The notes under the pieces were generated by a model. It had not been told where the DNA came from. It saw only the letters and a program-made list of their open reading frames with translations, and made no database searches. Of a DNA stretch of 40,373 nucleotides, positions 24,594 through 34,583 are shown in pieces (the first letter of the stretch is position 1; each line of letters starts with the position of its first letter). The translations under genes were made by a program, and so were the position numbers. Source of the DNA: a virus (lineage: Duplodnaviria > Caudoviricetes); IMG/VR virus record IMGVR_UViG_3300046786_000350, positions 1 to 40,373 of that record. The stretch is one strand, 5' to 3'.

Positions 24594-25748
24594 ATGGCAA
24601 CGATTACAAGTACATCCCTCGGTAACGGCAATGGCGCATATGCTACCGACATCGTGGTTAAAGACCTCGACATGACAGTTTCTAACTATGTTAAGGATCG
24701 CACACCGATCACTAACATGGCTATGAGCAAAAAACGCAAAATCAATTCGACTTTGCACATTTGGCCTAACGACTATTTCCGTACACCAGCTTTGAACGCT
24801 AAGTTGGAAGGTGCTGCTGTTGATGCAACTGCTGCCGCCTCTAACACACGTTCTAACTTGGGCAACTACACACAGATTTTCACAACTGTGATTGGTGCTA
24901 CAGGTACAGCTCGTGCCGTGGAACAAGCTGGTGGCGACCCACAAGCATATCAAGAAGTCAAGCAATTGACTGAGATCATGTTTGACGTTGAGTTGCAAAT
25001 GGTTCGTGCTGATGGTGCTTCCATCAAGTACTCAGGCCAAGCCGCTACTCAAGGCTCTTCACCCAACAATGGTCGTCGTTTTGGTTCTTTGTACTCTTTT
25101 GCTGGCACACGTTCAGGCAACCCAACTTCTGGTACTGCCGTTCTGAACTTGGCTGCATCTGATAGCAATGACACAACTTCTACCACTTCTACCAACACTC
25201 CTTTTGCTGGCGTGTTGAGCAATGCTGGTTTGGGTTACTTCAGCTTCTCTACTGGTCAAACTCTGCAAGCTTTCAGCCCCGTGCTGTACAAGCAGTTGGT
25301 GACTGTTGCTGAACAGCGTTTCAATGCCAAGATTACCAACATGGTAGTCCCAACATCGTTGCGTACATCTATCTCTGACAACATTCCTCAGAGCCGTTCT
25401 ATCAACCGCTTTAACCCTGCTGACAAGGGCGACACGATTGGTACATACGAAGGTGACTTTAACTACACCTACCAGATCGATGACTCATGGGTCATGGACC
25501 AGTCCGGTGCAGATAACACTTCTATCTTGTTCTTGAACCCTGACGTTGTTCAGTGGGGTTCTTTGCGTGAACTCGGTCCTAACAATGAAGTGTTCTCTAA
25601 CGCTGATGCCTCTTTGGATCAGTACATCATGGAAGGCACACTGATCGTGCGCAATCCTGCTGGTGTTGCTGTTCTGGCAGGTATGACCACAGGTGCTGTT
25701 GTTACAACACCTCGTGCATCTACACAAGTTCAGCGCTACTTGGCTTAA
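24594..25748 (+). CDS. Major capsid protein (DUF5309/SU10-like)
   Basis: 'HIWPND...NAKLEG', 'NYTQIF', 'EGTLIVRNP'; AGGAG RBS; biased codon use. Confidence 0.88.
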   Translation: MATITSTSLGNGNGAYATDIVVKDLDMTVSNYVKDRTPITNMAMSKKRKINSTLHIWPNDYFRTPALNAKLEGAAVDATAAASNTRSNLGNYTQIFTTVIGATGTARAVEQAGGDPQAYQEVKQLTEIMFDVELQMVRADGASIKYSGQAATQGSSPNNGRRFGSLYSFAGTRSGNPTSGTAVLNLAASDSNDTTSTTSTNTPFAGVLSNAGLGYFSFSTGQTLQAFSPVLYKQLVTVAEQRFNAKITNMVVPTSLRTSISDNIPQSRSINRFNPADKGDTIGTYEGDFNYTYQIDDSWVMDQSGADNTSILFLNPDVVQWGSLRELGPNNEVFSNADASLDQYIMEGTLIVRNPAGVAVLAGMTTGAVVTTPRASTQVQRYLA

Positions 25749-25757
25749 TCCTAGCGT

Positions 25758-25792
25758 TTCTGAAGGGAATCCTCAGGGGTTCCCTTTGGAAA
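25758..25792 (+). terminator. Strong hairpin after MCP
   Basis: AAGGGAATCC-TCAG-GGGTTCCCTT; weak U tail. Confidence 0.6.
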
Positions 25793-25795
25793 ATC

Positions 25796-26317
25796 ATGGA
25801 GCAAAGCATGGAATTGAACCTAAACAATGAAGAAGCCAAGGTCAATGAAGACTACTACATGGGTGGTATTCTTGCCGGAGGCATGGAAGGTGCGTTAATT
25901 AAAAACGACAAAATGTTCAATGAGGTTAAGTCCGGAACATGGTCGCAGACATTTAACACACCTAACATTAACTACAAAGTTGGTGCAATTGATGGTGAAC
26001 GCTATGTTCAGTATGAGCAAAAAAATGTGGAATCTGTCCGTCAGTATTGCAAGAACCGCAGGGAGTTCTATAAAGCAATTGGCACAACAGATAACCCATT
26101 ATTTGCGGGCACTTTTGAAGCGATGAACCTGCCAAAGTGCTTTGCCCATGAAATTAGTTCAAAGTGGTTTAACAACCGCCCATGGGAATTGATCAAAATG
26201 GACAAAAAAGACAAGATTCTTTTTTATGCCATTGTGAATCAATATTACAGCGATTTCGTCTGTCACCCTAGCGGAAAAATTCCACTCCCTTATAATCCAA
26301 TTGTCCCGACAAAATAA
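25796..26317 (+). CDS. Hypothetical virion-associated protein
   Basis: Position after MCP. Confidence 0.65.
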   Translation: MEQSMELNLNNEEAKVNEDYYMGGILAGGMEGALIKNDKMFNEVKSGTWSQTFNTPNINYKVGAIDGERYVQYEQKNVESVRQYCKNRREFYKAIGTTDNPLFAGTFEAMNLPKCFAHEISSKWFNNRPWELIKMDKKDKILFYAIVNQYYSDFVCHPSGKIPLPYNPIVPTK

Positions 26318-26326
26318 GGATGTCTT

Positions 26327-27313
26327 ATGGCTCTTTTCATCCAATCCGGCAACGCTCTTGTAAGCCGAGTAGCACAATGGGTAGGAGCCATTCCATCCTC
26401 AATCAGCATAAATGCTACGGCATTTAACTCTGCGACTGGTGTAATCACAACTTCTGCCTCTGCCGTTAGCTCGGTAATGATTGGTGACTTTATTGGACCT
26501 AGCGTGATGGGTCCGTACACCACTGTTTTGGCAGTCTCTAGCACTACGATCACAGTCAGTGACCCAGATGACGTTTGGGTTGGTCTGACTTTCCCAACTG
26601 CTATTCTCAAACTGCCTACGCAATCAACAGTAGAGATTTTGTCTTCCATTCAATTGTGCGAACTAAAGATGCGTACCATTGAATTGCCAGCTTTGCGTAC
26701 AGACCCTTATGGTGACACGCCAACTGTTTTGCTGACAGATTCTCAAGGTTTTGCGCCTATCCCTGCGGATATGAACAAGCCTATTTTGTTCTTCCAAGAG
26801 ACACCTAATAGCCAAGTCCCACCAGGCACACCTGCTGCCTCTATGGGTCCTTGGATTATTTATGACCGAGTTGGCGACCGAGAGATTATTCGCAGACGAA
26901 TGATTGACCAGTTGTATGTACGCCCATTTGGTGTGCCTCGTGTTATTCGTGCTTCATTCTCTGAGGTTGGCGGTAACTATGTGTTTACCCCTAATCCTGG
27001 TGAAGGCGTAGAAATCAAAGCTTACTATCAGCGCACATTCCCATTCCTTTTTGGACCAACAGGTGATGCGCTAGACCCTATTGTGCAAAACAATGCCACG
27101 CTTGCATCTTTCCCTGAAGGCTATATGTATGGCACATTGTGGGCTTACTACGATAAGAATAAGAACAACGAAGAAGCTCAAAAATGGAGCGCAAGGTATG
27201 AGGATGCCTATGGTCTGATTGAAGACCAGAACTTTAAAGGAAAATGGCTCGGAGGAGACCAACACCTTACTTCAGAATTTCAGCCTAGAAACTACAGATA
27301 TTCGTTCAAATAG
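26327..27313 (+). CDS. Head-tail adaptor (tail tubular A-like) with inserted beta domain
   Basis: 'IQLCELKMR', 'FTPNP...YY', 'YMYGTL.AY' adaptor-like motifs. Confidence 0.65.
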   Translation: MALFIQSGNALVSRVAQWVGAIPSSISINATAFNSATGVITTSASAVSSVMIGDFIGPSVMGPYTTVLAVSSTTITVSDPDDVWVGLTFPTAILKLPTQSTVEILSSIQLCELKMRTIELPALRTDPYGDTPTVLLTDSQGFAPIPADMNKPILFFQETPNSQVPPGTPAASMGPWIIYDRVGDREIIRRRMIDQLYVRPFGVPRVIRASFSEVGGNYVFTPNPGEGVEIKAYYQRTFPFLFGPTGDALDPIVQNNATLASFPEGYMYGTLWAYYDKNKNNEEAQKWSARYEDAYGLIEDQNFKGKWLGGDQHLTSEFQPRNYRYSFK

Positions 27314-27325
27314 TACTAAAGTATT

Positions 27326-27895
27326 ATGTTTCATACATATTGTCATGTTAGTACTCAAACAAATCAGATTTTTTATTATGGTAAAGGGTCTGAGGAACGT
27401 GCTTACTGCAAACAAAATAGAAATAAACGCTGGCATGAAATAGCAAATAAAGGTTATGAAGTTATTTTGCTTGCACCTTGGAAAACAAATCAAGAAGCGT
27501 TAGATCACGAAAAATTTTTAATTTGGTGCGCTCGTGATATGAAGTTAGATATTGTCAATATTACTGCTGGTGGTCAAGGTGTTTTGGGTGGCAAACATTG
27601 GTTAGGTCGTAAACATTCTGAAGAAACAAAAAAGAAAATTTCAGCATCACATCTTGGTAAAAAAAGACGTAATGTTGAAAAAATGAAAATTTGTAATTTA
27701 AGCGTAAAAAATCCAAACTGGAAAGGTTATTGGATTACTCCTGATGGAAAATTTTCAACAACAGATGAAGCTGCCAAACATTACAAAGTAAACCCAAAAA
27801 CAATCTATTCAAGATGTAGGGGTTATACCGAGAAGTTGGTAAACTCAATAAAAAAATACCCGCCTAAAGACGGCTGGTCTTTTGAACCCAAGTGA
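27326..27895 (+). CDS. GIY-YIG-like / NUMOD3 homing endonuclease
   Basis: 'YCH...FYYGKG...RA', 'N.TAGGQG', NUMOD3 'HSEETKKKISASHLGK'; AT-rich. Confidence 0.82.
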   Translation: MFHTYCHVSTQTNQIFYYGKGSEERAYCKQNRNKRWHEIANKGYEVILLAPWKTNQEALDHEKFLIWCARDMKLDIVNITAGGQGVLGGKHWLGRKHSEETKKKISASHLGKKRRNVEKMKICNLSVKNPNWKGYWITPDGKFSTTDEAAKHYKVNPKTIYSRCRGYTEKLVNSIKKYPPKDGWSFEPK

Positions 27896-27909
27896 TTTAA
27901 GGAAAAATT

Positions 27910-30900
27910 ATGGCTACAGGCGGTCTTTATGGTAGCAGTCCAACAGGTGCAGTGGTTGCGGCTCCAGGCAGTGAATCAGCGGGTTTGTATGGAAATGGTA
28001 CGACATTTGGTGGTTCGTACTTTGAGTGGTTTATCTTCATCCAATCTGCAACACAACCTGCAACGCCAACAGGTGGCTCATGGAGTTTTTCTACCAATAG
28101 CGGTACACCTCCAACTGGTTGGTCATCAACTCCTCCATCTGCTCCAACACTTCCTGTTTGGGTATCTATTGCCCTTGTTAACTCCAAAAATACAACAGCG
28201 TTAGTTTGGAGTGCGCCTGGTCTGTTTTCTTACTCAAGTGGTTTGCCTATTTTAAGTGGCACAGCAGAGCCTACTTCTGGCACTGGTTTGACAGATCAAC
28301 TTTACATTCAGACAGACACAACACCTGAGACTATTTGGTTTAAACAAGCAGGTACTTGGACTCGTTTGACTGGTTCTAGTTTGTATGTTGATTTGACTAC
28401 AAGCCAGACTATTGCAGGAACAAAGACATTTTCTAGCCAGATTCAAGGCTCTGTTTCCGGTACTTCATCTAACGTAACTGGCATTGTTGGCATTACAAAT
28501 GGCGGTACAGGATCAAGTACTTCATCTGGAGCTAGAACTGCTTTAGGTGCTGCTGCTTCTGGTGCTAATAGCGATATAACTTCATTAACAGGTTTAACTA
28601 CTGCTTTGTCAATTGCACAAGGTGGTACTGGTCAAACAACAGCTAACACTGCTTTCAATGCTTTAGCTCCTTCTCAAACAGGTAACTCAGGCAAATACCT
28701 GACAACTGATGGTTCTAACACTTCATGGGCTACAAACCCATTGGGCACAGTTACAAGTATTAATGTATCTGGTGGCACAACAGGTTTGACCACATCAGGC
28801 GGTCCTGTCACAACATCAGGAACTATTACGCTTGCAGGGACTCTTGCAGTAGCCAATGGTGGTACAGGTGTAACAACATCTACTGGTTCTGGTAATAATG
28901 TTCTTTCTACAAGTCCTACATTAACAACACCTACACAAGCAACATATGAAAATTGGACAGGCATTTCTGCTCCAACATATGCTGAAGGACGCACTTGGTA
29001 TGATTCTGGCGCACACGCTTTAGCGTATTACAACGATTCATCAAATGCCGTTGTTCACATTGGTCAAGACCTTCAAATTAAAGTAATCAACAACACCGGA
29101 TCGACCATTGCAAATGGTTCTCCTGTTTACATTACTGGAACTTCTAGCGGTCAGCCTTATCCAAATATTGCATTGGCTAAGGCTGATGTAGCGGCAACTT
29201 CTTCCGTAATTGGTTTGACAAATGGTTCAATTGCTAATGGTGCAATTGGTTATGTGACTTCTCAAGGTGGTATTGATAACGTCAATACTGGCACATTTAC
29301 TGTTGGACAAGTGCTTTATCTAAGCCCTTATTCAGCGGGTCAATTGATGAACACAATTCCTCCAACGGGAATTACAGTTCAAGTTGGCGTGGTATCTTAT
29401 GTAGATGCGTCTGCGGGTAAGATTTATGTTAAGCAAACAACACCTTTAAACGTCCCTGCTTCAATTATCAGTGGCACTGTTGCCATCGCTAATGGCGGCA
29501 CAGGACAAACAACTGCTAATGCGGCTTTTAACGCACTTGCACCTAGTCAAACAGGAAATAGCGGTAAGTACCTGACAACTGATGGCACAAATACATCTTG
29601 GGCTACAAACCCATTAGGTACAGTTACATCTGTTGGCGGTACAGGCACAGTCAGCGGCATTTCATTGTCAGGAACAGTCACCACATCAGGCAATTTGACT
29701 TTGGGTGGTGCGCTTGATTTATCTGCCTATAACGGTGCGGGTGCTTTCACCACTCTGTCAGCATCTTCTACAGTGTCAGGTACAGGTTTCTCAACATACT
29801 TGGCAAGCCCTCCAGCTATTGGTGGCACTTCGCCTAACACAGGCAACTTCACAACCCTGACAAACTCTGGTGGCGTTCGCTTCAATACATCTGGGACTGA
29901 ATATGCACGCTTACAGTTAAGTGGCACAAGTCTTCAGATGATGGCGGGTTCTGCTTCTGTTGCTGGTATTACGATTGACTCGTCTAATGTTGCTACGTTT
30001 ACGAACAACCCAGTTTTGTCTGCGGGGTCTGCTAATGGAGTAACCTATCTCAATGGTTCAAAGGTTCTGACAAGTGGCTCTGCGCTTACTTTTAACGGAA
30101 CAAATCTTTTTACAACTGGCAACATCTACGGCGGTACTGGAAACGCAAACGCAAACATTCTTGCGTATTCAAATGTTGCAAACGGCGGCGCTGGGTTCAG
30201 TCAATTTCTGTTTGCCAATACCTCAACCGAAACTCGTGGTTTCTTGTCATACAGCCATGCGGCAGAAGCAATCTTATTTGGCACAAGTAACGTTGAACAA
30301 ATGCGCCTCACCTCAACAGGGTTGGGTATTGGTACAAGTTCGCCTGCCGCAAAACTGCATTCATCCAAAGCCGATGGAGGCTATGTATTTGCGGTGTCTG
30401 GCACAACCAAAGGTATGCGTGTTAGCACCGATGCAAATCAAACTTTATTGCAAGGTGTAGATAACACGCTGACGGCTTCTTATCAACCGCTTGCATTGGG
30501 CGGTAGTGTTCTTTTGTTCCAAAGCAATGGAACAACGGAAGCCATGAGAATTGATGCCTCTCAGAACGTAGGTATTGGTACAAGTTCGCCTAGTGAAAAA
30601 CTGAGTGTTTCTGGAAATATCACAAATACTGGAACTGCCACATTTGGAACATCAGGAAGCAATACTTATGTGTCTCTTAACAACAATGGCTATCTTCGTT
30701 GTGATGTTGCTAACTGGTTTACGTTGCAAGCAGGGACAAGCGGTTATCAATGGCGAAATTCAGCCAATAGTGCAACGGCACAGATGACACTCGACTCCTC
30801 AGGCAATCTAGGCTTGGGAGTTACTCCGAGTGCTTCTTGGACTGGTGGTGGTGTACTTCAACAAACAATTGGGGCGATTTACGGAAACAATTCTCTTGGT

Positions 30901-31824
30901 GCGTATGATGTTGCGTATAACAGCATCCGCACCGCAAGTAACTCTTACGTTTATGCCTCTACTGGATTGCAAGCAACTCGCTTTCAACAGCGTGATGGGG
31001 CTTTTAACTTCTTTACAGCCCCATCAGGCACAGCAGGAAACGCTATCTCCTTTACTCAGGCGATGACTCTGGATGCAAGTGGGAATTTGGGTATTGGTAC
31101 TACATCTCCAAGCACCAAATTGCAAGTAAACGACACAATTACTATTGGCGTTGCTGATAAGGCTGTTCAATGGTTAAACAGTGGAACAGCACTTGCTGAC
31201 ATTAGAGCAGACTCAAGCAGTAACTTAATTTTCAGGAATACATCGAGCTACACAGAACGAGCCAGAATAGACTCTAGCGGTAACTTGCTATTGGGAACTA
31301 CAAGCACAACTTATGGAACAATATCTGGCAAATTTATTTCTAGTAGCGCAACATCACTTAGTGCGGGTCTTTTTTACACTAATTTTTCAGGGGATGTTTC
31401 TACATCTGCATTGAACGTAGGAAAGTACGATAACAATACAACAACATCTCAAATTTTTATGAAGTTTGGGATTAACAATGCAAACAATGGCTCTGGTCAG
31501 ATTAACGCCAATGGTGCTGGTTCGGCAGCATTTGGCTCATTCTCTGACAGAAGATTAAAAGAAAACATTGTTGATTTGCCATCACAACTTTCAAAAATCA
31601 TGGCTTTGCGCCCTGTTGAATTTGATTACATTGAATCAGAAGGCGGCGGTCATCAAACTGGTTTTATTGCTCAAGAGATGCAAGAAATTTATCCAGATTC
31701 TGTTGGTGAGCGTGAAGATGGAATGCTTACTATTTCTGGTTGGAGTAAAACAGAGGCTCGTCTGGTCAAAGCCATCCAAGAACTCAAAGCAGAATTCGAT
31801 GCCTACAAAGCAAGGAATCCATAA
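27910..31824 (+). CDS. Long tail fibre with C-terminal intramolecular chaperone (peptidase S74)
   Basis: Gly/Thr/Ser repeats, 'GNLGIGTTSP' repeats, 'SDRRLKENI...GFIAQE'. Confidence 0.9.
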   Translation: MATGGLYGSSPTGAVVAAPGSESAGLYGNGTTFGGSYFEWFIFIQSATQPATPTGGSWSFSTNSGTPPTGWSSTPPSAPTLPVWVSIALVNSKNTTALVWSAPGLFSYSSGLPILSGTAEPTSGTGLTDQLYIQTDTTPETIWFKQAGTWTRLTGSSLYVDLTTSQTIAGTKTFSSQIQGSVSGTSSNVTGIVGITNGGTGSSTSSGARTALGAAASGANSDITSLTGLTTALSIAQGGTGQTTANTAFNALAPSQTGNSGKYLTTDGSNTSWATNPLGTVTSINVSGGTTGLTTSGGPVTTSGTITLAGTLAVANGGTGVTTSTGSGNNVLSTSPTLTTPTQATYENWTGISAPTYAEGRTWYDSGAHALAYYNDSSNAVVHIGQDLQIKVINNTGSTIANGSPVYITGTSSGQPYPNIALAKADVAATSSVIGLTNGSIANGAIGYVTSQGGIDNVNTGTFTVGQVLYLSPYSAGQLMNTIPPTGITVQVGVVSYVDASAGKIYVKQTTPLNVPASIISGTVAIANGGTGQTTANAAFNALAPSQTGNSGKYLTTDGTNTSWATNPLGTVTSVGGTGTVSGISLSGTVTTSGNLTLGGALDLSAYNGAGAFTTLSASSTVSGTGFSTYLASPPAIGGTSPNTGNFTTLTNSGGVRFNTSGTEYARLQLSGTSLQMMAGSASVAGITIDSSNVATFTNNPVLSAGSANGVTYLNGSKVLTSGSALTFNGTNLFTTGNIYGGTGNANANILAYSNVANGGAGFSQFLFANTSTETRGFLSYSHAAEAILFGTSNVEQMRLTSTGLGIGTSSPAAKLHSSKADGGYVFAVSGTTKGMRVSTDANQTLLQGVDNTLTASYQPLALGGSVLLFQSNGTTEAMRIDASQNVGIGTSSPSEKLSVSGNITNTGTATFGTSGSNTYVSLNNNGYLRCDVANWFTLQAGTSGYQWRNSANSATAQMTLDSSGNLGLGVTPSASWTGGGVLQQTIGAIYGNNSLGAYDVAYNSIRTASNSYVYASTGLQATRFQQRDGAFNFFTAPSGTAGNAISFTQAMTLDASGNLGIGTTSPSTKLQVNDTITIGVADKAVQWLNSGTALADIRADSSSNLIFRNTSSYTERARIDSSGNLLLGTTSTTYGTISGKFISSSATSLSAGLFYTNFSGDVSTSALNVGKYDNNTTTSQIFMKFGINNANNGSGQINANGAGSAAFGSFSDRRLKENIVDLPSQLSKIMALRPVEFDYIESEGGGHQTGFIAQEMQEIYPDSVGEREDGMLTISGWSKTEARLVKAIQELKAEFDAYKARNP
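28621..29631 (+). repeat. 46-aa internal duplication in tail fibre (28621-28758 and 29494-29631)
   Basis: GGTGQTTAN.AFNALAPSQTGNSGKYLTTDG.NTSWATNPLGTVTS twice. Confidence 0.9.
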
Positions 31825-32318
31825 TGAGAACTACACAATTGCCTACATACGAAATGTTGCATGAGTTGTTTGAACTCAAAGATGGTGAACTGTTTAGAAA
31901 AAAACGAGTTAGCAACAATACAAAAGTTGGCGACATTGTTGGAACAACAAATGCAACTGGTTATAAACAAGTAAAGATTGGTCGAGTAATTCACCTATGT
32001 CATCACATTATTTATAAAATGGTGCATAACAAAGAGGCTGTTTTGCTTGACCATGCTGATGGCAATCGTGCAAACAATAAGATTGAAAATCTTAGAGAAG
32101 TTACTGTTTCACAAAATGCCATCAATTCAAAAAAGAAAAACAACATTTCTGGATACAAGAATGTTATTTGGCAAAAAAGCAGAAGCAACTATATTGTGAA
32201 ACTGCATATTGATGGCAAACAAAAATACATTGGCGAATTCAAAGATGTTGAGTTGGCTGACCTTGTGGCACAAGAGGCAAGGGTTAAATACTTTGGCTCT
32301 TTTGCAAGACATTCTTGA
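31824..32318 (+). CDS. HNH-AP2 homing endonuclease
   Basis: 'DHADGNRANNKIENLREVT.SQN', 'SGYKNV.W', 'YIGEF'. Confidence 0.9.
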   Translation: MRTTQLPTYEMLHELFELKDGELFRKKRVSNNTKVGDIVGTTNATGYKQVKIGRVIHLCHHIIYKMVHNKEAVLLDHADGNRANNKIENLREVTVSQNAINSKKKNNISGYKNVIWQKSRSNYIVKLHIDGKQKYIGEFKDVELADLVAQEARVKYFGSFARHS

Positions 32319-32343
32319 ACACCCATAAACTGAAAGGTAAATT

Positions 32344-32667
32344 ATGACTACGACAACAACATGGATTATTGAATGGATGCAATGCGTCCCTACTGATGGC
32401 AGTCTTACCGATGTCGTGGTAACTGCCGGATGGCGTTGCAATGGTGTTCAAGATGAGTACACCGCTACCATCTATTCAACTTGCTCATTCCCCATGCCAC
32501 AGGGTGATTCATTCACGCCATACGCTGATTTGACGCAAGAACAGGTGCTTGGATGGTGTTGGGCTAATGGCGTTGATAAAGACGCTACAGAGGCCGCTAT
32601 TCAAGCCAATATTGACAACCAAATCAATCCCCCAATCGTGCAACCACCTTTGCCTTGGGTAGCATGA
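32344..32667 (+). CDS. Tail-fibre-associated protein
   Basis: 'FTPYADLTQEQVLGW...PPLPW' family commonly following fibres. Confidence 0.7.
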   Translation: MTTTTTWIIEWMQCVPTDGSLTDVVVTAGWRCNGVQDEYTATIYSTCSFPMPQGDSFTPYADLTQEQVLGWCWANGVDKDATEAAIQANIDNQINPPIVQPPLPWVA

Positions 32668-32768
32668 AAAAACCTAGTTATTGTTGCCAAAAATGTGGCG
32701 AGAATATAGGTTGGCTTGGTAGACTATTAAGGTTTACTCATAACTGTAAACAGGAAGCCACCACCTGA
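32664..32768 (+). CDS. 34-aa Cys/His micro-protein
   Basis: Translated by hand (MKKPSYCCQKCGENIGWLGRLLRFTHNCKQEATT); ATGA overlap. Confidence 0.4.
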   Translation: MKKPSYCCQKCGENIGWLGRLLRFTHNCKQEATT

Positions 32769-32793
32769 TTTTGGTGGCAATTTAGGAAAAGCA

Positions 32794-32952
32794 ATGGAAA
32801 TCGCATTGAAATTATCTGTCGAAGAAGTAAACTCTGTACTGCAAGTTTTGGGTGAATTGCCCTCAAAAACAGGTGCTTGGCCTTTGATCGTCAAGATTAA
32901 GACTCAAGCAGAAGAGCAGCTTCCAAAACAAGAAGAAACGCCCGTCCAATAA
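32794..32952 (+). CDS. 52-aa tail-region protein (MEIALKLSVEEVNSVLQVLGELP...)
   Basis: Translated by hand; AGGA RBS. Confidence 0.7.
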   Translation: MEIALKLSVEEVNSVLQVLGELPSKTGAWPLIVKIKTQAEEQLPKQEETPVQ

Positions 32953-32960
32953 GGCCAAAA

Positions 32961-34583
32961 ATGAGCGATTATTCCCGTTTAAGAGTCCCGTTTACCACGA
33001 TGAGCTTTTGCCCAGACATACCTAGCAATGCTTTGGGTCCAACGGAATACAACATCGGAAAGAATATCGAGGCAGATGTCCGAACCATCAAGAAAATCTA
33101 TGGTGAAAAGGAAATAGCATCTGTTATTACTGATATGCCTATCTTCATGGAAGGTGGGTTTCGCTCAGAAACAAATTGGGTATACATCGTAGCCACTCGT
33201 AATTCATCTAGCCAAGGTAAATGGTGGATGATTACGGCTACGGGTATATCCAATATTACGCCTGGTGTGGGTGCTAATCCTTCTGCCTATATTGCTGGCT
33301 ATACAGAAGACATCAATATCACCACATCTTGGGTTGGAAATGTGTTCTTTATCAATGACACTGTCCAAAACCCCATGTATTTCTTGCCAACAAGCAATGA
33401 AATTACTGTGGATAGCAATGCTGTCTGGAACTATGACGTTGGTGTAACATCTACCCGAGCAGGTTTTGTCAGGAATTACTGTTCTCCAAACGTGGGAAAC
33501 ATTCTGATTGCAGGTAATTTGACCAAAGTTATCTCTGGAATTACCTATAACTACCCAACAACAGTGCGGTGGTCACAGGCTTTTGCCAATACTGGTGTTC
33601 CTGCTACATGGGAACCCACCCTGAATAACGTGGCTAACGAGCAAGAAGTTCCTGTTCGTGGTCCTTTGATTGACGGATTCTTCCTTGGAGCTAATTTTTA
33701 TGCTTGCTCCTATTGGGATACTGTCGTTTTTACCCCGATTGCCTATCAAAACAGTACTGCACCCATCTTTGGTGTGCGTCTTTTGAATCAAGGTCGTGGC
33801 TTGTTTAACAATAACTGTTGGACAAACACGGATGCCAATGTCTATGGCATTGATGCTCGTGATATTTGGGTCTTTGATGGCTCTAATTTCAATTCTTTGG
33901 GCAACCAAAAAGTTAAAGATTACTTCTTTGCCAATCTGAATCCTCTGTATTCAGGTCGGATGTTCATGGTTAATAACACTCAAAAGAATCAAATTGAGAT
34001 TTATTACCCTGATCTAACATCTACTGGTTGGTGCAACAAGATGTTGTCCTATCGTTATGACCTGCAGGTTTGGAATCCTCCTAAGGACATCGCAAACGCC
34101 TGTATGGGCACTGAAGGACCTCGGTGGGTAGACTCATCTCCAGACTATTACAACTTGACCTCCAGAGCCGTTATATACGCCCGTGGAGGCATGAGTAACT
34201 CTCGGTTGATAGAGACATCCATCGGTAACTCGTTTATCAATTCTGCTGCCATTGATGCGCAGTTTGAGCGTACCAACATTGCTTTGCAGACAGATAAAGG
34301 ACCTGTTCCTTACTCATCCAAAGTTTATGTTCACCGAGTTTTGCCTGAGATTTCAGGTACTGGCAAAGTAGATATTACTGTTGGTGGTGCTAATTCGACT
34401 GCCCAAGCGACTACTTATGGTCAGACAGGCACTGTGACGATTGATACAGACAATCCATGGGTGACTACTCAACAGAATACTTTCCGTACTGTTGCGCTTA
34501 AATTTGGCTCAAATGATGCGACTGACACATGGAAAATGAGTGCTTTGAACCTTCAGGCAACAGTAACTGAGGATGCGTTCTAA
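32961..34583 (+). CDS. Tail nozzle / stabilisation protein (tail tubular B, P22 gp10-like)
   Basis: 540 aa beta-propeller-like, 'VRWSQ', position in tail module. Confidence 0.7.
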   Translation: MSDYSRLRVPFTTMSFCPDIPSNALGPTEYNIGKNIEADVRTIKKIYGEKEIASVITDMPIFMEGGFRSETNWVYIVATRNSSSQGKWWMITATGISNITPGVGANPSAYIAGYTEDINITTSWVGNVFFINDTVQNPMYFLPTSNEITVDSNAVWNYDVGVTSTRAGFVRNYCSPNVGNILIAGNLTKVISGITYNYPTTVRWSQAFANTGVPATWEPTLNNVANEQEVPVRGPLIDGFFLGANFYACSYWDTVVFTPIAYQNSTAPIFGVRLLNQGRGLFNNNCWTNTDANVYGIDARDIWVFDGSNFNSLGNQKVKDYFFANLNPLYSGRMFMVNNTQKNQIEIYYPDLTSTGWCNKMLSYRYDLQVWNPPKDIANACMGTEGPRWVDSSPDYYNLTSRAVIYARGGMSNSRLIETSIGNSFINSAAIDAQFERTNIALQTDKGPVPYSSKVYVHRVLPEISGTGKVDITVGGANSTAQATTYGQTGTVTIDTDNPWVTTQQNTFRTVALKFGSNDATDTWKMSALNLQATVTEDAF

